A stretch of 64,000 nucleotides of DNA from Octopus sinensis (lineage: Eukaryota): the NCBI RefSeq assembly GCF_006345805.1, contig NW_021832432.1, positions 62,001-126,000 of the forward strand. Direction: 5' to 3'. Every line of letters starts with the position of its first letter. Position 1 is the stretch's first letter. The notes under the pieces are model-generated. The model was not told where the DNA came from and did no database searches. It saw only the letters and a list, made by a program, of their open reading frames with translations. A program made the translations under genes and the position numbers. Shown here one piece after another: positions 13,432 to 26,039 of the stretch.

Positions 13432-13500
13432 CATATACAAACACACAAACATATATATATACATATGCACACACACAAACGTATATATACACATGTATAT
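13200..13500. repeat. Compound (AT)n/(AC)n microsatellite; similar tracts at 8020-8220, 15050-15100, 19650-19765, 34245-34295, 53090-53140 and 58845-58892
   Basis: Directly visible dinucleotide tracts. They are the source of the YI/CV-rich spurious ORFs. Confidence 0.97.
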
Positions 13501-13832
13501 CATCATCAATTGGTCATTAAATTATGATGATGATATATATATATATCATAGATAAAAAAAGAAACAAATATAACAAGGAAGATTTTAAATTAAAGCAGAC
13601 ACAAATATATGAAGTGAGACAAACCTAAAGGAAAATGTATAGAAAAATGAAATGAAAGAGTAACAAAAAAAAATTTGAATACAATGAAACCAAATATGCC
13701 AAAAGTAAAGAAATGAAAGCGGATCTATTTTTAGAAAAAAAGTAAATGGATTAAAGAGAAATAAGAATAATACTAAATTTTAAATGCCTATTTATGTTGC
13801 AAACATACACACACATAATATATATGTATGTA

Positions 13833-14972
13833 TAGGGGTTGGACAAAATAATGGTAACACCGAGCATCATAATTTTGAAATATCTATAAAACCGTCAAAA
13901 GCTTGTTTATTTTTTTGTTTTTTGGTTTATTATTAGTGTTGCTTAATATGTTTTGCTAAAATTGCTGGGTTTTTTTTTTCAGATATCATCAGAAAAGGGT
14001 AATTAAAATTCATTAAAATGACAGATCTATCGGACTTTCAAAATGGTCAAAATGTTGGTGCTCATATGGCAGGCACTAGTGTAACAAAAACAGCCAAAAT
14101 GTTTGGTGTATCAAAAAGTACTTTCTCGAAAGTAATGACAGCCTTTGAGAAAGAGGGAAAAAACCTCCTCGTCAAAACAAAACTCCAGAAGAAAACTAAA
14201 ACTTTTAGATAGGGATCATCGGACTCTTAAGCAAATTGTTAGAAAGGATCACAAAAATACAGCTCTCAAAATTGCTGCAGAGCTTAATAACCCCCACGAG
14301 AACCCAGTTTCCACAAAAACTGTTCGCCGGGAAATTCACAAGGCTGATTTCACAGGAGGGCTGCAATCAGAAAACCACTACTTTCAAAAACAAATGCTGC
14401 AAAGCATTTAGAGTGGAGTAAAAACCTACAGAATTGGTCCCTAAAGCAGTGGAAGAATGTTATTTTCTCGGACGAAGCATCCTTTACCTAATTTCCGACC
14501 ATCAGCCGAATATATGTGGAGACAGCCAAAAGAAGCATTTGACCCAGACTGCATTCTTCCAACTGTTGAACACGGAGGAAGACCTGTGATGATCTAGGAG
14601 GTTATATCTTGGAAATCCGCCGACCCAATGGTTTCTCTTCATGGCAGAATTAATAGTCAAGATTATTTAAGCATTTTATCTAATTGAATTCATCCTTTGG
14701 TTGCGGAACTGTTACCGGAGGGAAACGCAATCTTTCAGGATGATAATGCACCAATTCACTCAGCTAAAGTTGTTACTGAATGGCACAAAGAACATTCTAG
14801 TGAAGTTGAACATCTTATCTGGCCACCACAGTCCCCAGATCTCAATATTGAACATTTATGGTGCATTTTAGAAAAACAAGTAAGGAGTCGATATCCTCCA
14901 CCATTATCACTACAAGAACAGGAGACTGTTTTAGCTGAAGAATGAACAAAAATTCCTTTGGAAACAATTCAG
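13833..14972 (+). mobile_element. Tc1-like DNA transposon remnant (frameshifted transposase, left TIR only)
   Basis: TA + (c/t)aggggttggacaaaat TIR. HTH-like DLSDFQNGQNVGAHMAGTSVTKTA; IFSDE and FQDDNAPIH...WPPQSPDLNIEHLW motifs. Confidence 0.92.
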
Positions 14973-15049
14973 TATGGAAGGCAGACATTCAACAATGATG
15001 ATGGTGATTTTATATATATATATATATCATCATCAATTGGTCATTAAAT

Positions 15050-15104
<55 letters not shown>

Positions 15105-17898
15105 AAAAAATCATCAAGGAAGATCATCGGTTGTCAAGCAATGGAGTGGGGACAACACAGACATACACACACACATATATATATATATGATAGACTTCTT
15201 TCAGTTTTCGTCTACCAAATCCACTCACAAGGCTTTGATCGGCTCAAAGTTATAGCAGAAGACACTTGCCCAAGGTACCACACAGTGGGACTGAACCTGG
15301 AATCAATAGGTTTGGAAGCAAGCTTCTTACAACACAACCACTCCTGCACCTATATAATAATAATAATAATAATGAAATTATTGTATACAGTGCTCAGGTG
15401 CACCACAACTTGTCAAAAAGTGTGTATAAAGTATATGTAGTAATGTACAAATGTCTGGAAAGCGAACAGTGTATGAGTCAGATACATGCTTGCATGTGTA
15501 TGGAGGGGAGAAAATCAGGTATATTGTTGGCGAATCTCAGGAAGCATGGAAGTTTTGAAGGATGCAGTGCTTCGACAACTAACAACTGATGCTGGCAGTC
15601 TGTTCCATGCTTCAGCAACTCTTAGCGTGAAAAATGTTTCCGAAAGTCATGGGAGCTGTGCTGTTTTCTGACTTTGTAAACATGTCCACGGGTGTTAGAC
15701 AGGTGGAGTTTGAAAAGGTGCTCAGAGTTATTGTTCGTAAGATGGTTAATAATTTTATGGGTGTCATTGATGAGTTTGTTTATTTATATCCTTCCTGATG
15801 AGGTTGATGCATTGCTGACCATAATTTATCTTGTCAGACATTACCCATTTGCAGCTGAGTGGACTGGTGCAACATCATCATCATCGCAGTTTAACGTCCG
15901 CCTTCCATGCAGGCATGAGTGGGATGGTTTGACAGGAGCCGGCCAGACAAAAACATGCACAAAACTTCTGTGTCTGTTTTGGCAGGATTTTTACAGCTGG
16001 ATGCCCTTCGTAAAACCAACCACCCAGCAGCATGAAACATAAAGTGTGGCTTGGGGAAGTGAACCCACAACACTGCACTCCTGAATGCAACACCCTAACA
16101 ACCACCAGGCTATATCCACACAAAGATGCAATAATTGAATGGACAAAGTACAGCAGCAAGATAACAGTCAAGTACAGTAGTAAAATGAGTGCAGGTACAA
16201 TAACTAGCTGGGGACAGGTGCTGTCCCTGCATGGTGCAATGGTTGAACAAAAACAGGTGCAGTATCTTTGTGAACATGCAATTCCTGAAATAAGACAGGT
16301 ATAGTAGTTCAATAAGAAGAGGAGCAGTTCTTATTCTAAAGGACACAAGTTCAAGACTTGCCATGGCATCTTTGATAAAACACATTGAATTAAGGTAAAA
16401 TTTAGAAAATAATAAACTAGTGGACTATTATTTTTTTGTTGTTTAACCCCAGATCAACTTAATTGAGTAAACCTTTCATTTTCCTATCTTCTTAGGACGA
16501 TACGATATAGGAATACATTATCTAACAGGTCCGTCCTTGCTTAAGATGTTGACATGATTTGAGGAAAATTTGGCTATTTCTAGCAGGCCCAGTAGCTACA
16601 TAGAGTTCAAGCATTAGCACAATTTCACAAACTCACAAAATAGAACTATTTTTTTACTTAACATTCTGATGTTCTGAAAATAAATCATTCCTCCTTATCT
16701 CACTAGTCATTCAATCTTGTAGGATTACAATGAGAGATAAAAATATAAAATAAATTATTGATAAAAACTTAAATGATATTTAGAAAATTAAGATAGAGGG
16801 AAGTAGAAATTTGAACAAAATAACTGACAGGGGGAATAACTCTTAAACACATTCAAAGGCAACGTAATAGATTTTACATACTCCAGTTCATCAGATACAT
16901 TGATCTGGCATTGTTTCTCATGACAGAGAAATGTAATAACAAGAAGTAAATTTTATTTCTCATCCTCATACTATTTCTGGCAAGTCTCAAAAACAGAAAA
17001 GTAACACTGGATTCTGTAGTTTTAGATATACTAGTGATTAAAAAAAAAATAAAAGGATGGGCATTGATAGAATGGCTTTTGATTGATATATTCCTTGGAC
17101 AGGGTTGACTTGGAATTAAACAGCATGCAATATGAAATGTAAAATGCCACCCGATTACACCCTCTTCCCATGACGCTCAGTGCTTTGTACAAAGTTTCAA
17201 GGGATTGAGGGATATATTTTCTCATAATTAGGAAATTGATTTATCACAGGTGACATTTCCCCATCATACAGTGAACAAGTAATGCAGAATTTAAATGTAT
17301 AATTCAAATACATAACAAAACACCTGTTGTGGGATTAAATTCAATATCAGCATGATGTCAGTCCAATATTATATCTACTCTAGATTTTCCCTTAATTCAG
17401 TGTGGATCAAATAAAAAAACAAGAAGATCACTATTTCTTTTATCAGGACTCAACTACTGAAACTGTTCCCATCCCACAACTGTAATTCTTTTCACACACC
17501 TACTTCATCTGTTCCCACTCAATACAATTGTTGGGAGCAAGAGCTTTGTTCCACGAAAAGACTCCACCCAATCTTTTACACAGCCAGAACAATAGTTAGC
17601 CTAATATTAACTAAAATGTTAACAAATGAAAACAAAAACATTCAGTTTTTTTTCTTTTGTGCCCAGTATTTAAGTGCATTTTTGTAATTCTATTATAATC
17701 ACCAATATCTCAAAGAAATTTGTATTGCTATGAACATGTTAGTGAACGTGCTTCTATTGTATTTCATTTTTAATAACTAACTTCTTTTTTACAGATAAGC
17801 AATAACTAAACCAACGTGTCATATTGAATATAGCTTAACCTTGTGTTACACTATAACTTGTAAAAATACCAACATTTAGAAAATAATGTAAAAAATTA

Positions 17899-18457
17899 TT
17901 GGGTTGTCCGGAAAGTTCGTGCTGATTTTTAAAGGAAAGAAAAAGGTCAATAAATACTTGCCATTACATTTTTAATCAACCAAATATGAACCATTTTGTT
18001 GCACAATGCATCTCCATCTAACTTGAAAATACCCCTCTCCCAGAATTGAGGTGGTTTCAAGGCAAAAAATTCATCAAAGTATCTTTTTACATCATCCAAG
18101 GAATTGAAATTTTTACCATTAAGACTATTCTGCAGAGACCTGAATAAGTGGAAACCCGAAGGAGCAATACCGAGTGAATATGGAGGGTGGGGTAACACAT
18201 CCCAGTGAAACTGCAGCACTTTTTGTCTGGTTCCCAAAGCATCAAGTGCCGAAAATGAACTTTCTTATCTTCCATTTTAAAGGGTTACAGAATTAACACA
18301 GGTTATAGGAACATAAACCTTCTTCCACAAAAAGATAGCTTAAAATGTGCTCTAAATGGAGGTTTAGTCAAATCCTATTTTATGGACCCAACCATGTTCT
18401 AAAATAAGTCGAAAGGTAAGCTACTATAAATCGGCACAAACTTTCCGGACAACCCAA
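17899..18457 (-). mobile_element. Mariner internal-deletion derivative with both TIRs and TA TSD
   Basis: TIRs ttgggttgtccggaaagtt / aactttccggacaacccaa flanked by TA. N-terminal MEDKKVHFRHLML is fused to C-terminal WDVLPHPPYSLGIAPSGFHLFRSLQNSL. Confidence 0.92.
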
Positions 18458-19002
18458 TAAAATTAATTTTGTTTAATAATCATTGATACGAAACTGGTTT
18501 GCTTTAATACAGATTGGCTCTGATGAAGCAGACCTATGAGCAGAGCTTTCCAACTATCACCATCCTGTATTTTCAGATAAAGTATCTAGCACTACATTCA
18601 TCCAATAAAGCCCTGGCCCTTAAGCTGGTATGGTATTTCTAACAGGTCATCTGACCATGTACGCTTTGCTCCTCATAGGTTCAAACAGAGCTAATGTGGC
18701 AGAAACAAAGACACTTAATTTTTTCAGGGTTGAATTACTGAATATGAGAGAACCTTTAGGAAGTTGCTCAAACTGCTAGAAATAGGAAACAGAATTTCTC
18801 TCAAGTCACACTACTTTCATTAAAAAAAAACAAAAAAGCCAAGACATATTGCATAGCATGGTCTAAGATGAACTATGTTTGATAACATGAGGTTGAGGTG
18901 GTTAAGACTAGAATATTTTTTTATCATATTGGTTCGCTAGAACACAACTGACTATATCATAAATGTATATATATATATATCATGATGATGATGTTAACTC
19001 AC

Positions 19003-19083
19003 CTTCTTTCGGTTTCTAGTGGACAACCATTCATCACAGTTTTCTTTCACGTTCTCAGCTTTCTCATTTCTGTGCTTCTTCAT
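19003..19083 (-). CDS. AUNIP: AUNIP-like (Aurora kinase A and ninein-interacting protein) first coding exon MKKHRNEKAENVKENCDEWLSTRNRKK; exon begins at 19106
   Basis: Poly-T/tag acceptor at 19107, AAG|gtgagt donor, 81 nt, phase 0. ENCDEWL..RKK resembles the human AUNIP N-terminus EACGVWL..KRRK (from memory). Confidence 0.6.
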
Positions 19084-19650
19084 TCTAATCAATTCAACCT
19101 CTCAAACTATACCAAAATAAATTTTAAAAAATAAAATGCATCAGCTTAAAAACCATCTCTTTCATTAACACATGAAATGGGGGAAATTTGCAGAAAATAA
19201 TTTTAGACGACCTTCAAATTTCAACACTGTTTAACCTTATATTCAACAGTTTAACCCATATAGTACAGTTTTGCTGACCTATTCCCTGGCCATCTTCAGG
19301 TACTTTTATCAATCACACATATATCATATATAAACACATAAATCACACATATGTATATAACACCCAAGTACCTCAATTTCATCTACTAATTACTTCAGGC
19401 TACTGGAGGGATAAAGGTAGAATTAGGTATTTTTTGCCTCTTGGCTGAAACAGCTGTAGGATATTAACCCAATTTCTAATCCTGTATGTTATATATTTTA
19501 ATAATTATTGGTATCTTTATATATGTAAAACATAATATGTTATACATGTATGTATATTATTATAATTGTCATTTTAGTAAACAAATAAACAAACTGACAT
19601 AATATAAGTTGATGAATACCACCTATTGATCCCCTCCATTTTCTTATTGT

Positions 19651-19708
<58 letters not shown>

Positions 19709-19715
19709 TATTATA

Positions 19716-19755
<40 letters not shown>

Positions 19756-19769
19756 TATATATATATGTA

Positions 19770-20384
19770 TGGGAGACGCAATGGCCTAGTGGTTAGGGCA
19801 GCGGACTCGCGGTCGCAGGATCGCGATTTCAATTCCCAGACGGGGCGTTGTGAGTGTTTATTGAGCGAAAACACCTAAAAGTCCACGAGGCTCCGGCAGG
19901 GGGGGGGGGTGATCCCTGCTATACTCTTTTACCACTCTTTCTTCTGTTGGCCTGCTCGCTTAGCCAGCGGGGTGGCGCCATTCAAAGGCTAATACAATGC
20001 AAACGCATTGTGACCAGCGATGTGTAACAACATCTGATGGTCTGGTCGGTCACGTGATATATATATATATATATATATACATATGGGAGACGCAATGGCC
20101 CAGTGGTTAGGGCAGCGGACGCGCGGTCATAGGATTAAGGTTTTGATTCCCAGACCAGGCGTTGTGAGTGTTTATTGAGCAAAAACACTTATAGCTCCAC
20201 AAGGCTCCGGCAGGGGGTGGTGGCGATCCCTGCTGTACTCTTTCGCCACAACTTTCTCTCACTCTTTCTTCTCGCTTAGCCTGCTCGCTTAGCCATTGGG
20301 GTGACGTCATTTGAAGGCTAAAACAATGCGAAGTGCATTGTGACCAGCGATGTATAGCAACATCTGATAGCCTGGTTGGTCACA

Positions 20385-20388
<4 letters not shown>
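19770..20388 (+). mobile_element. Two adjacent tRNA-headed SINE-C copies embedded in (AT)n; other copies at 34660-34948(-) and 54298-54685(+)
   Basis: A box TGGCC(C/T)AGTGG and B-box-like G(A/G)TTTC(A/G)ATTCC. Copies start at about 19770 and 20085, separated and flanked by (AT)n. Confidence 0.88.
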
Positions 20389-20425
<37 letters not shown>

Positions 20426-20519
20426 CGTCACTAACGTGACAGAGGATGCAAAATGGTACTGGCATTGCTAGTAATGCCAGGATCACTTTGTACCTTCTGT
20501 CACTTTAGTGACATCTATA

Positions 20520-22750
20520 AATTTGCCTTAAGTTGTTAAATTGCTAGTAAGCCATCCATACTTAGCATAAGCACATGATGTAGTAGGAATCAAAATAATG
20601 CTTACAATTGTTTTTAACATATTCTAGCAGACTAAAGTGTGAAAGGCATTCACTAGAAGTTTCTCTCTATAGAGTTTGTATGTGAAATCACATCAAGCCA
20701 AGCTCCAAGAGACAACAGCCTAATCATTCCTCAAGGAAAAGTAGGCAGGAGAGAAATTAACCATTTTCATATGAACCCACCTGAGACCACCCCAGGTTCT
20801 TTGACATAAACTTACTGCTTCTTCAACTTGCTTTGATGTTGCCAGGTCATATTTCAGCCCCCCCCCCCTGTCTCAAGCAATTGCTAGTGTACCTGGCAGC
20901 TGGCATCATCTTCACACACCAGCCTTGACAAAAGCAATAGTTTTCTTCAATGGGCAGAGGTGCCTGCAATGGCTGATCCCACTATGGATGATATCTGCTA
21001 TTGCCTCAGGACCTGATCATGCCACCAGCACTAGCAGCCCTCACCCAAAGCTTCTGGACAGCTACAGGGTATGTACTTCATGGTCCTCTTCAAACACAAA
21101 GGACGAGCTGATAACTTCACCTTTCCCAGTAGAAAAGTTGGATGGATTCAGTGGACATTACAAACTGTGTGAATCAGGAATTTCATCTAGTGCAAATATG
21201 CTCTCCAAAGCTCAGGCTATGAGACTTTACATGCCACAGTTAGTTCCTACCTTAACCAGCTCCCTGGTGCCACTTCCCAACAGCCTAGCTGGTTTTCTAC
21301 TCAATCAACACTAGCACCTTATTCCAGGTCGGTAACTTTTCTGTCTTTGAGGAAACTTTCCAGTGATGTACTGTCACTCAACATAGGTTTGGGGCTTGCA
21401 ACACCTGGAAGTTCTGATCTCAACTCCTCCTGCATCTCACCAGAGTTGGTGTCTGTGCACTGTGACACTTGCGCCATCTCTAGGTTTGGGGCTTGCAACA
21501 CCTGGAAGTTCTGACCCCGACTCCTCCTGCATCTCACCAGAGTTGGTGTCTGTGCACTGTGACACTTGCGCCATCTCTAGGTTTGGGGCTTGCAACACCT
21601 GGAAGTTCTGACCCCGACTCCTTCTGCATCTCACCAGAGTTGGTGTCTGTGCACTGTGACACTTGCGCCATCTCTAGGTTTGGGGCTTGCAACACCTGGA
21701 AGTTCTGACCCCAACTCCTCCTGCATCTCACCAGAGTTGGTGTCTGTGCACTGTGACACTTGCGCCATCTCCAGGTTTGGGGCTTGCAACACCTGGAAGT
21801 TCTGACCCCAACTCCTCCTGCATCTCACCAGAGTTGGTGTCTGTGCACTGTGACACTTGCGCCATCTCTAGGTTTGGGGCTTGCAACACCTGGAAGTTCT
21901 GACCCCAACTCCTCCTGCATCTCACCAGAGTTGGTGTCTGTGCACTGTGACACTTGCGCCATCTCTAGGTTTGGGGCTTGCAACACCTGGAAGTTCTGAC
22001 CCCGACTCCTCCTGCATCTCACCAGAGTTGATGTCTGTGCACTGTGACACTTGCGCCATCTCTAGGTTTTGGGCTTGCAACACCTGGAAGTTCTGACCCC
22101 AACTCCTCAAGCATCTCACCAGAGTTGGTGTCTGTGCACTGTGACACTTGCGCCATCTCTAGGTTTGGGGCTTGCAACACCTGGAAGTTCTGACCCCGAC
22201 TCCTCCTGCATCTCACCAGAGTTGATGTCTGTGCACTGTGACACTTGCGCCATCTCTAGGTTTTGGGCTTGCAACACCTGGAAGTTCTGACCCCAACTCC
22301 TCCTGCATCTCACCAGAGTTGGTGTCTGTGCACTGTGACACTTGCGCCATCTCTAGGTTTGGGGCTTGCAACACCTGGAAGTTCTGACCCCAACTCCTCC
22401 TGCATCTCACCAGAGTTGGTGTCTGTGCACTGTAACACTTGCGCCATCTCTAGGTTTGGGGCTTGCAACACCTGGAAGTTCTGACCCCAACTCCTCCTGC
22501 ATCTCACCAGAGTTGGTGTCTGTGCACTGTGACACTTGCGCCATCTCTAGGTTTGGGGCTTGCAACACTGGAAGTTCTGACCGCAACTCCTCCTGCATCT
22601 CACCAGAGTTGGTGTCTGTGCACTGTGACACTTGCGCCATTTCTACATACTTCATCTTGACCAGCTGGATCTTCAGGCCATGCAGATTCTTACAAACTTC
22701 CAACAAACCCATTCTGTGTCCATTGATGACTTTCTATTGAGCAAACCTAT
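20520..22750 (-). mobile_element. Decayed HERO-clade (R2-group, restriction-like endonuclease) non-LTR retrotransposon, 3' part
   Basis: Minus-strand frames give KVS*PELWRAYLH*MKFLIHTV...RPLC...SCPEALGEGC*CWWHDQVL/RAIADIIHSGISHCR..KKTIAFVKAG. This matches the HERO C-terminal motif (KVTWAELWKA...CPKALGEGRYRWRHDQVLKAIA), with CpG-decay changes. Confidence 0.8.
21386..22645. repeat. Tandem minisatellite, 13 x 97 bp, inside the HERO remnant
   Basis: Unit GGTTTGGGGCTTGCAACACCTGGAAGTTCTGACCCCAACTCC...CTTGCGCCATCTCTA starts every 97 nt from 21386 to 22550. Few variants; no spacers. Confidence 0.97.
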
Positions 22751-23499
22751 AACTGAAAATAACCCACCAATGACCATCCCACCATTTTTTCGAGATTACC
22801 TAATATGTCCCATTTTTTAATATGATAGGGGTGTAATTTGAGGAATATTCAGTTGCTATTTGTAGTAGGCTAACAGCTGTCTCATTGGCTCAGATCTTTG
22901 TGGTAGCCTAGGGTTAAGTGCATTTAGCTCTTACTGGTTTTGTGGTATGATGACAAATTGGAAGAAATTTAAGGGTTTTAGGTACTTTACATCTTGCATT
23001 GTAAACCCCATCATCAACTATTGCTTTCCCATCCTTTCAAAGGTTGATAAAATACCAGTCCAAAACTGTGGCTTGGTGGAAACATTGGTATTGGACAAAA
23101 TGTTTTGTGGTATTGTTCCAGATCTTTGCATTCTAATTTCTAAAGGTGTGGTGTGACAGACTTGTCTATACCTAGCCAGTGTAATAAAGGAATCAGAGAC
23201 CACCTTTGTATTTTCCACAAAAGTTCTCAGGAATAAACACATATCATGTCTAAAGGAAGACAGCAGGGGTGTTCATGACCCAACACAGAAAGGCCGGCTA
23301 TTCAGACTATGCACTACTGTGTTGATAGTATTAACTCTGATTTGACCATCCTGTCTCAAAAAGATAGTTGTGTGGTTAACAAGTTTACTTCTTAAACATG
23401 TAGTTTCAAGTTTAATCCCATTCCATAGAACTTTTCCTTCTACTACAGCTTTGAACCTTGTGAAGGAATTTGGTAGGTGGAAACTGTAGTAAGCAACAT

Positions 23500-24140
23500 G
23501 TGTGCATATATATGAATGAAAAGGTCAATGTTCTATGCTTGTCACCAGATGAGTGAATCAACCTGACCAATTTCAATCTGACACGTGAAATGAAAAGGCA
23601 AGTTCTAACTGCCAACCATAGCAACTCATAAATTACCAGCTTCTTCAACATGACTGGGTCCTTCATGTTCAGGGTCAGGAAAGAATAGGAAACGTACAGC
23701 GGGAACATGCCATGAATAGCCAAGAGAAAGAAATTTTCTCAGTAGTGAGAGGTCTCCAGGACAGTCAAATTCAGCCAGCAGGTCTAGGGTATCATAACCC
23801 CAACAGATTGAAAAGGGAATTGCAGAGAAGCTCAAAATAGCAAAATTCCACTATCAGATATGTAGTGAACAGGGACAGCAGATACAAATTCTATAAGATG
23901 TGGAGTGAGCAATTAGTGTCCAGCAGGAGCCAGAACCTTGCAATCATGTGAACTTGAAGCATCCTGATTTGAATGATCTAGATAGTTATGTTCGTGACAT
24001 CATAGGTTGGGAGCATTGAACGGAAGGGATGCCTTAGGTGTTGTAGGCAGAATGGGAAGAAGCCACCTGATTCTAGTATGCATCAGGACTGTCATTGAGG
24101 CTCAAGGCAATTTTGTTGAGTTTCTTTGATATATCTAGCG
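23500..24140 (+). mobile_element. Highly degraded LINE remnant, possibly a second HERO-like fragment
   Basis: Fragments such as VVRGLQDSQIQPAGLG and HLILVCIRTVIEAQG weakly echo the GRAGLG and HILxxC..QGR motifs. Many stops. Confidence 0.3.
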
Positions 24141-26039
24141 AAACTCATATACCCTGTACATATCTCCTATTTAGGTTCACTAACCTAAGAATTAAACTCA
24201 TGCCAACCAGCTAAACTACAACACAACACACTCAAACTCTGGCAAAAAGTGTAATTAATATGATGGTTAGTATTTCTCCTCTAACAACTATATATCCCCC
24301 ACTATCACAAAAACTTATTTACTTCGCTCAAATTCAAGAGAAATTATGAGCGTCAGATATATTTCATGATAACTAAAATAAGAAAAACAATAATACAAAC
24401 ACCTATAAATGCACATACAAACATATATAAATATAAACATACACAAAGTACAGGGGCACACAAATACAGAGATTCCGAAAAGGTAAAAAGAAAACATACT
24501 TAACAATACGTAGAATACGACTCTTTTTTCATAAGTCTATCTACGAAAGGACAAAAAGAAGCACAGTGCAGAATTATTATTTTCTAACGAAGTAGGGACA
24601 GCTTAATGAAAATTACCCGCTTTAACTAAAACTATGGAATTGTGGGAATATAACAAACGTTGAGTTTTACCTCCAAAGTCCACAAAGTGGCACTGAAATA
24701 AATGTTTAAATTGGTTACATGTGACACAACTCTATTACATGTATTAAGAAGTTGAAATACAAAGCGTGTCAAAATATATTGCAAGGGTTTCGTTTTGTTG
24801 TGAAGCCCCCAAGTCATATAAGACACACAAGCCATATATCTATTCAGTTTGGGGGTATTTTTTGGTTATTGTTGTTTATTTTCTTAATTCAGTAACAGTG
24901 TATTATGCCGAATAACTTCCAAAGAGTCATTTTCTGAACACAATTGGGAGTTGTTTTGAGAAGAGATTTAGATGCTATTTCCAGAAGGTCGAGCATTCAG
25001 TCTTTAGCTCGTGTTTTTATTGTTGAGAGAAACGGTTATCTTTGTACGAAAAGGATATTAGTTGACTAATTCCATCAGTGGAATGTTAAAGAATTATCAA
25101 ATGCGAGGTGAACCTTGGAATGATATATATTCATATATTGGTAAGATAGCATCAATCGAAGTAAAATGCAAGTTCACTCTGGTATTCTGCTAGCCATGTT
25201 CGTCACCTTGATAATAACTGGCGGGATTTGAACTCATAACAGAAAAAGTGGCACAGGAAGTTTGCCTGGCGCTCTATGGATGCTAACACTAACAATAATA
25301 TTTCTAATAATAGGCAGAAATCCACAAGTTTGGGGGGAATTTATGCAATTATTAAAATAGACCTCGGAAATGTGAAAGACAAAGTCAATCTCGATGGGAT
25401 TTGAGCGCAGGGCGTTAAAGAACAACTAAATACCACAAAGCGTTTTATCCATCTCCTTACTCTGAAACTCCAACACACCCCTAACAATAATAATTATTTT
25501 TCTAACATGGCACAAGATTAGAAATTTAGGGGAAATATTATTCAATTAACTCGATACCAGTTTTTCACTGGGATTTTATCAACCCGGAAGAATAAAAGAC
25601 AAATTTCTATCACGGAAAAATTTGAGGCCAAAATACAAACACTGATAATTTCCTTCGACTAAACACGAGGGAATTTTTGAAAAAGGGTGGGAAATGTATA
25701 GGTGACTAAGTAACCCTGAAGTATCCGGCTCATCCCGCCTTACCTACTTAAAAAATGGGAATTATACAAACTAGTGGGAGAGCTTCTGCCAAACAAATAG
25801 ATAATTAAATGTATAGCATTTAAATTTCCCTCAACACTATTGTCTATAAAGTAGTGGAGAGAGACAACTAAGAAACTTCATACACGGTCAGCACAGAGTA
25901 ACACTCAACCCCCTACGAACTTTAAAATAAAGACCAACCGTTTTAAATGCTATATAGTAGGACAATGATATACAATAAAGCTATAAAATTAACAAAACAA
26001 TTACGTAATAGCTACACCTGTTCTATAGTCCTCCAAAAG

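Noticed and set aside
13132-13527. YI/CV/TH-rich ORFs here and at 8041, 33632, 53092 and 53508
   Set aside because: These are translations of dinucleotide microsatellites.
15881-16312. Cys-rich, hydrophobic ORF with an acceptor at 16284 as an AUNIP-like exon
   Set aside because: In the required phase 0 it stops after 26 codons. The open frame does not fit neighbouring phases and runs into an RTE tail.
18515-18560. ctgatgaag as another hammerhead core
   Set aside because: No stem II or GAAA follows.
21386-22645. CRISPR-like array or repeat-protein ORFs (the many 65-79 aa ORFs)
   Set aside because: Units are contiguous with no unique spacers and no cas genes. 97 is not a multiple of 3, so the ORFs are frame-rotating artefacts.
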